A DNA stretch of 58,704 nucleotides from Bacillota bacterium (GTDB taxonomy: Bacteria > Bacillota > Desulfitobacteriia > Desulfitobacteriales > Desulfitobacteriaceae). The notes beneath the pieces were generated by a model. The model ran no database searches. It was not told the origin of the DNA and worked only from the letters and a program-made list of their open reading frames with translations. The stretch's first letter is position 1; each line of letters starts with the position of its first letter. A program made the position numbers and the translations under genes. Below, piece after piece: positions 54,985 through 58,704 of this stretch. The stretch covers positions 1-58,704 of the forward strand of contig JAJZPA010000001.1 of the NCBI GenBank assembly GCA_021811425.1, in the 5' to 3' direction.

Positions 54985-56340
54985 TCACTTGGGCTCAGGC
55001 GGTAATCTTTTGCGTACGACCCAGTAGACCAGGCTCATGGCTAGGATCAAGCCGAGGCCTAGGAAGAAAGAGGGGCGTTGATCGGGGAGAGCGAAGGCAG
55101 AGAAGAAGATGAAGAGGATGAAGGCTGCGACCAGAGCATTGCTCACTGGATATCCGGGGGCATGAAAGATCCGCGCGGCCTTTTCTTCAGGATGCAATTA
55201 GGTATGGAGTTTCCAATGGGATAAGGTGATTGTGAAGATATTGACTAAGGAAAGGAGCCCGCTGGCTCCGGTGACCAGGAGATAGAGTTGATTCGGAATA
55301 AAGTAAGAAAGGATGGCGATCAGGAGGAGAAAGGCATTGGAGAAGAGGAGGGCTTTGATAGGGACATTTTTGCGGTTTATATGGGTGAAGAAACGGGGGG
55401 CCTCTCCTTTTTCGGCAAGCGCATAGAGCATGCGGGAGACGCCGAACATGCTGGCATTCATGGCTGAGAGCGCGGCAGTTAGGATCACAAAGTTCATGAT
55501 GTTTAGGACAAATGACAGATGGTACGACGCGAGGGCTGAAATGAATGGGCTTATGGAGGCATTGTATATTGACCAGGGGTTAAGGAGGAGAATGAGGAAA
55601 ATTGAGAGGACGTAAAGGCCGATAACGAGGATAGAAGTGGCCAAGACGACCTTGGGCACGGTCTTTTGGGGATTCTTTGATTGATCGATGGCGAGTCCCA
55701 CCACGGATGTTCCGGAATACGCATAAAAGACGAGTAAAAGTGATCCTGCTAATCCTCCCCAGCTGTGGGGAAAAAGGGGGGCGCTAGTCAAGTGGCGTAG
55801 GCCTGCAGCTTGTCCAAACCAAGGGGTGAAAGCGATGGATGCGGCTAAGAGGATAAAGCCGATAAGGGCAATAACTTTGATAATCGATAACCCGGATTCG
55901 ACTTTGCCAAAACCTCGTGCATCCAGCAGATTAAGCGCCGTGAGTGCTCCGGCCAAGCCGAGTACGAAAAGCCATTGTGGAATAGTGGGAAGCCAGATCG
56001 AGAAAAAGATGGCTGCAGCCGTTACTTCGCTGGACATCACGAGAATGCCGGAAATCCAGTAAAGCCAGCCAATGACAAAGCCTACCCCGCTGCCGAAAGC
56101 CTTAGCGGCATAACTTTGAAAAGAACCCTTTTCCGGATCGAACAAAGAAAGCTCAGCTAAGAAGGATAAGTTAAAATACATTAAGATCCCTAATAATATA
56201 TAGGCAAACAGCACCGAAGGGCCGGTGGCTTGAAGAGTCAGGCCTGAGCCCAGGAACATGCCTGCCCCAATAATGCTGCCCAGAGCCATCATCGTTAGGG
56301 AAAAGCCTGACATCTTTTTGGCGGATTCAGACTCGACCAA
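54985..56340 (-). pseudogene. APC-family amino acid permease interrupted by one in-frame TAA (codon at 55198-55200)
   Basis: The 380-aa ORF (SLTMMALGSIIGAGMFLGSG...) ends ...LSHWKLHT*. The next codon continues in the same frame as LHPEEKAARIFHAPGYPV plus two more TM helices (the 70-aa ORF at 54985..55197). This is the normal C-terminal part of APC permeases. Combined length is about 451 aa. Confidence 0.65.
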
Positions 56341-56425
56341 TGGAAATACCCCCCAAACTTGGATAATGGGTTTAGGTTACTGAACACTGAGGTTAGTTTA
56401 TCCAAGGCCGGTAGGGATTACGCAT

Positions 56426-56908
56426 TTATTCCTTGTGACCATATTTGTACGGCCTTACGAGGGTTAGATCAAGGGCGGTGAGGACAAGAATAGCGATGAG
56501 CACGGCTTGGAGGCCCCCGTGGGAATTAGAACATTCTGCGCCGGTGTAAATCCCATCGGGATTTATGGGATTTATGGGAGCATACGGATAAGTGGGGGAA
56601 GAGCCGGAGAGATAGGGATTAGACGGGTTGTGGGCAGAAGATGAGAATGTTGGCGCGAAGCGGGCACCAGCGTAGAGCGAAGGTGGGGTCGGCGTAGGAG
56701 GAGCCATGGTTGGGCAAGAAGTTTGGGCATAGAGCTGTGCGTAGGGGTTTGATGATACGCCGCGAGGGTTGACCCTAGAGGGAGGATAAGAACTGGGGGT
56801 GCGCAGGGAACGACCTGAGAACAAGGGTTGCCCTGTGGGTTGCCCGAAGCCAGAACCGGAATACCGGATAGTCGTAGGGTTAAATAGCACGGTTTCGTTT
56901 TGATACAT
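56426..56908 (-). CDS. Pro/Ser/Tyr-rich low-complexity protein with C-terminal TM anchor (unknown function)
   Basis: ATG 56908 (MYQNETVLF...) lies 7 nt after AAAGGAGGGGAGG. There is a long P/S/Y/G/N-rich region, then LQAVLIAILVLTALDLTLV and a basic tail. Confidence 0.55.
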   Translation of the reverse strand: MYQNETVLFNPTTIRYSGSGFGQPTGQPLFSGRSLRTPSSYPPSRVNPRGVSSNPYAQLYAQTSCPTMAPPTPTPPSLYAGARFAPTFSSSAHNPSNPYLSGSSPTYPYAPINPINPDGIYTGAECSNSHGGLQAVLIAILVLTALDLTLVRPYKYGHKE

Positions 56909-56940
56909 CGCTTGGGCCTCCCCTCCTTTGCGCATAATGA

Positions 56941-56986
56941 ATGATTTGAGGTCCGTGTCCCTGATGGAACACGGACCTCAAATCAT
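56941..56986. other. perfect 18-bp inverted repeat between the two Pro-rich protein genes
   Basis: ATGATTTGAGGTCCGTGT (56941-56958), 10-nt loop, ACACGGACCTCAAATCAT (56969-56986). The right arm overlaps the stop codon of the 87-aa ORF. The left arm lies 33 nt upstream of the ATG at 56908. Confidence 0.85.
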
Positions 56987-57246
56987 TGGACATCGGTTGT
57001 TGAGGGAAGTTGTTCCTCCGCTGTGGCTCTTTTCTTGCGAAATAGCCCGACATAAGGTTCCGGTGCCCAAGCTTCATTTTCATAAGAGGGATTAGGGCCA
57101 GCATAAGGAAGCGATTCTTTGTCAAAAAGTTTGCCAAAGAGGGTGCCGCTGAGGCCTGAGGGCGAAAAATCCTGGCTTTGGGCAGGCTCAGCTGCTTGCG
57201 CTTCAGGGTTAGGGATTTGCGCTTGTTTCAGGCTTGAAAAAAACAT
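56983..57246 (-). CDS. small Pro/Ala/Glu-rich hypothetical protein
   Basis: 87 aa. Strong RBS AGGAGGAG 5 nt before the ATG at 57246. No recognisable domain. Confidence 0.5.
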   Translation of the reverse strand: MFFSSLKQAQIPNPEAQAAEPAQSQDFSPSGLSGTLFGKLFDKESLPYAGPNPSYENEAWAPEPYVGLFRKKRATAEEQLPSTTDVQ

Positions 57247-57376
57247 ATCGACTCCTCCTGACTAGAATGGTCTTCATCTACTGGCATTATATTCCTGTTT
57301 TTCCGGGATGCCACTCAGCTTATTGTTTAGTGGGGGAGTTAAAGCCACCACTACATTTCCGAGCAGAGCGAGTTTG

Positions 57377-58399
57377 CTATCCGATGATTGTTTGTCTTAG
57401 GATACGCTGAATTTCGTTTAAGAGAACGAAGGAGCGCTCGACGCTGGCATTGCCATCGGCATTAATTAGACAGCAGCGGGAAGGAGCAAGCCAAGAACGG
57501 TCAAAGAGGAGATCAAGATCGAGTCCATGCCGCCCGAGAAATTCCCAGGATTCCAGGAGACGCTCCGTCAAGGTTTGGGCGGATTCTTCGACTAACTCCG
57601 AGGTCAGGGTTGGGGTAATTCCCCAAGCGATGATCCGCCCCTTTTGCAGAAACTCCTTGACCTCATCCACATAACGTACCAGGATATGTCCCCAACTAAA
57701 AGCGTCCACGGAGAGAATGTCAAGGTCTGCCCCCAGGAGGAAGGACCAGTCTGGGTTGCCGCAGAGGTGCACCCCTTTCGGACCAGGCAGGTTGGCCAGG
57801 AAAGATCGATATTCGCTTTGCGCGAGTTCGGAGGTATAGCCGCTAAAGGAATTGAAAATCATTTCTAAGCCCGGTTCATCTAACCATACAAACGGATGGG
57901 GATGAACTCGGCTCAAACGTGTGTATTGCCAGGCAATCTTGCGTTCTAGAAAACTGTAGAGGATTTCACGCACAAAATCGTTGTAGATTATAGGTTTGCG
58001 TTCTTCGTCACAGATTTTTAGCCCGAAACTCACGGGGCCGACCGTTTGCCCCCTGACCAGCGGATAGGAGGAGAGATCCAGGGTTAGAAAGTGACGAAAG
58101 GCCGATGAATATTCCTCAGAGAGGGCGAAATAATCGGGGTCAGCACTCTTCTCCAGGTATTCATCGATTTCAGCGGCAAAACGTTCATGCGAGAAACGCA
58201 AGACTTCCTTTTCCTCATCAATGAGGATTCCGGGAAAATGCTCGGCAAACTGAGCATACATGTCTTCTTTGAAGCGAAAGTGCGGAAGCTGGGGCCAAAA
58301 CGGAATATCCATCGTCAACGCAAGTTTTTGCGCTTCTTCAAGATTTGTATGCGGTAGGATTCCCATGGCTGTCGTTAGTCCTTTTCCGGGCAGCATCAT
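57377..58399 (-). CDS. MetE-like / URO-D-superfamily protein (candidate 'core' cobalamin-independent-type methyltransferase), uncertain
   Basis: 340 aa. N-terminus TTAMGILPHTNLEEAQKLAL..DIPFWPQLPH. Possible Zn ligands HLCGNPDW and SRCCL. The size matches single-domain MetE-like proteins. Confidence 0.4.
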   Translation of the reverse strand: MMLPGKGLTTAMGILPHTNLEEAQKLALTMDIPFWPQLPHFRFKEDMYAQFAEHFPGILIDEEKEVLRFSHERFAAEIDEYLEKSADPDYFALSEEYSSAFRHFLTLDLSSYPLVRGQTVGPVSFGLKICDEERKPIIYNDFVREILYSFLERKIAWQYTRLSRVHPHPFVWLDEPGLEMIFNSFSGYTSELAQSEYRSFLANLPGPKGVHLCGNPDWSFLLGADLDILSVDAFSWGHILVRYVDEVKEFLQKGRIIAWGITPTLTSELVEESAQTLTERLLESWEFLGRHGLDLDLLFDRSWLAPSRCCLINADGNASVERSFVLLNEIQRILRQTIIG

Positions 58400-58599
58400 T
58401 TTACCATCATCTCCATCTATTTTTTCAGTATAGCCTCTGACACACTATCTTTCTACAGTTAAGAATACCGCATTTAGAGAAAATCTACTGTGACGGAATT
58501 CACCTTTTTCAATCTATCACCCCGACTTCGCATAAATCACCCTGCATTGATCAAAAGCTAAAGCTATGGTTGATGTTGATGCGGATTGGAGTGGTTCGA

Positions 58600-58704
58600 G
58601 TGTGGGTTAAATGGCTTCCGACTGTTAGGAAATATAGCTTTATCGTCATGGCCTGCTGTATACTGGGATTAATTCTTTCCTTCGGGTATGGAGAACTAAA
58701 AGAT
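58600..58704 (+). CDS. 5' end of a membrane or secreted protein gene running out of the window
   Basis: The frame is open from 58441 to the window end. GTG 58600 lies 8 nt after GGAG; ATG 58573 or 58579 are alternatives. It encodes ...KYSFIVMACCILGLILSFGYGELKD (a hydrophobic segment). Confidence 0.35.
   Translation, partial: MWVKWLPTVRKYSFIVMACCILGLILSFGYGELKD

Noticed and set aside
54975-54994. Tandem 10-mers TCACTTGGGG / TCACTTGGGC at the 15-nt junction between the convergent activase and permease genes.
   Set aside because: Only two copies, and they overlap the permease stop codon. This is most simply a small slippage duplication. There is no hairpin or other structure.
55198-55200. In-frame stop in the permease as programmed recoding (selenocysteine or pyrrolysine).
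   Set aside because: The codon is TAA, which neither system uses. No SECIS-like hairpin is evident immediately downstream.
58400-58560. S-box (SAM) riboswitch or T-box upstream of the MetE-like gene.
   Set aside because: I read the minus strand of this region. It has none of the conserved S-box or T-box sequence blocks and no terminator/antiterminator pair.
1-58704. CRISPR arrays, tRNA/rRNA genes, IS elements, prophage or classic defence-system genes.
   Set aside because: No regularly spaced repeats, cloverleaf-like segments or transposase/integrase ORFs were found (xerD is the housekeeping recombinase). The only nuclease-like accessory gene is the solitary Uma2 homologue.

Overview
This 58.7 kb window is from an endospore-forming Firmicute. 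The anaerobe-type genes nfnAB, fchA-like and a BadF/HgdC-type activase suggest a clostridial or Peptococcaceae-like organism, but that is inference. The window is densely coding, with about 68 CDS, mostly on the + strand. It is largely colinear with the Bacillus subtilis sporulation and housekeeping stretch: pepP-efp, spoIIIAA-AH, accB/accC, asp23, nusB, folD, xseAB, ispA, dxs, tlyA, nadK, argR, recN, spoIVB, spo0A, bkdR-like/leucine dehydrogenase, nudF, spoIIM, xerD, deoB-punA-pdp, dacF, spoIIAA-AB-sigF and spoVA. I saw no rRNA, tRNA, CRISPR array, transposase or integrase other than housekeeping xerD. The interesting material is what departs from the conserved order. (1) A PycB/OadA-type carboxyltransferase is fused in frame to a complete AccB, and the old accB RBS plus a TTG start survive inside the ORF. 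(2) A three-gene, translationally coupled cluster sits directly after spoVAF with no terminator: two paralogous Cys-motif dehydratase-like subunits plus a BadF/HgdC-type ATPase activase. Its substrate is unknown. (3) An orphan CheY receiver is appended to the spoIIIA operon. (4) A minimal sigma-54 module consists of an enhancer-binding protein (EBP), a -24/-12 promoter and leucine dehydrogenase only. (5) An APC permease is broken by one in-frame TAA. (6) Two low-complexity Pro/Ser/Tyr-rich proteins are separated by a perfect 18-bp inverted repeat. (7) A 340-aa MetE-like 'core' protein is present. (8) There is a REP-like palindrome and several promoter-region repeats. All family assignments come from motif recognition by eye. 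No database search was run.
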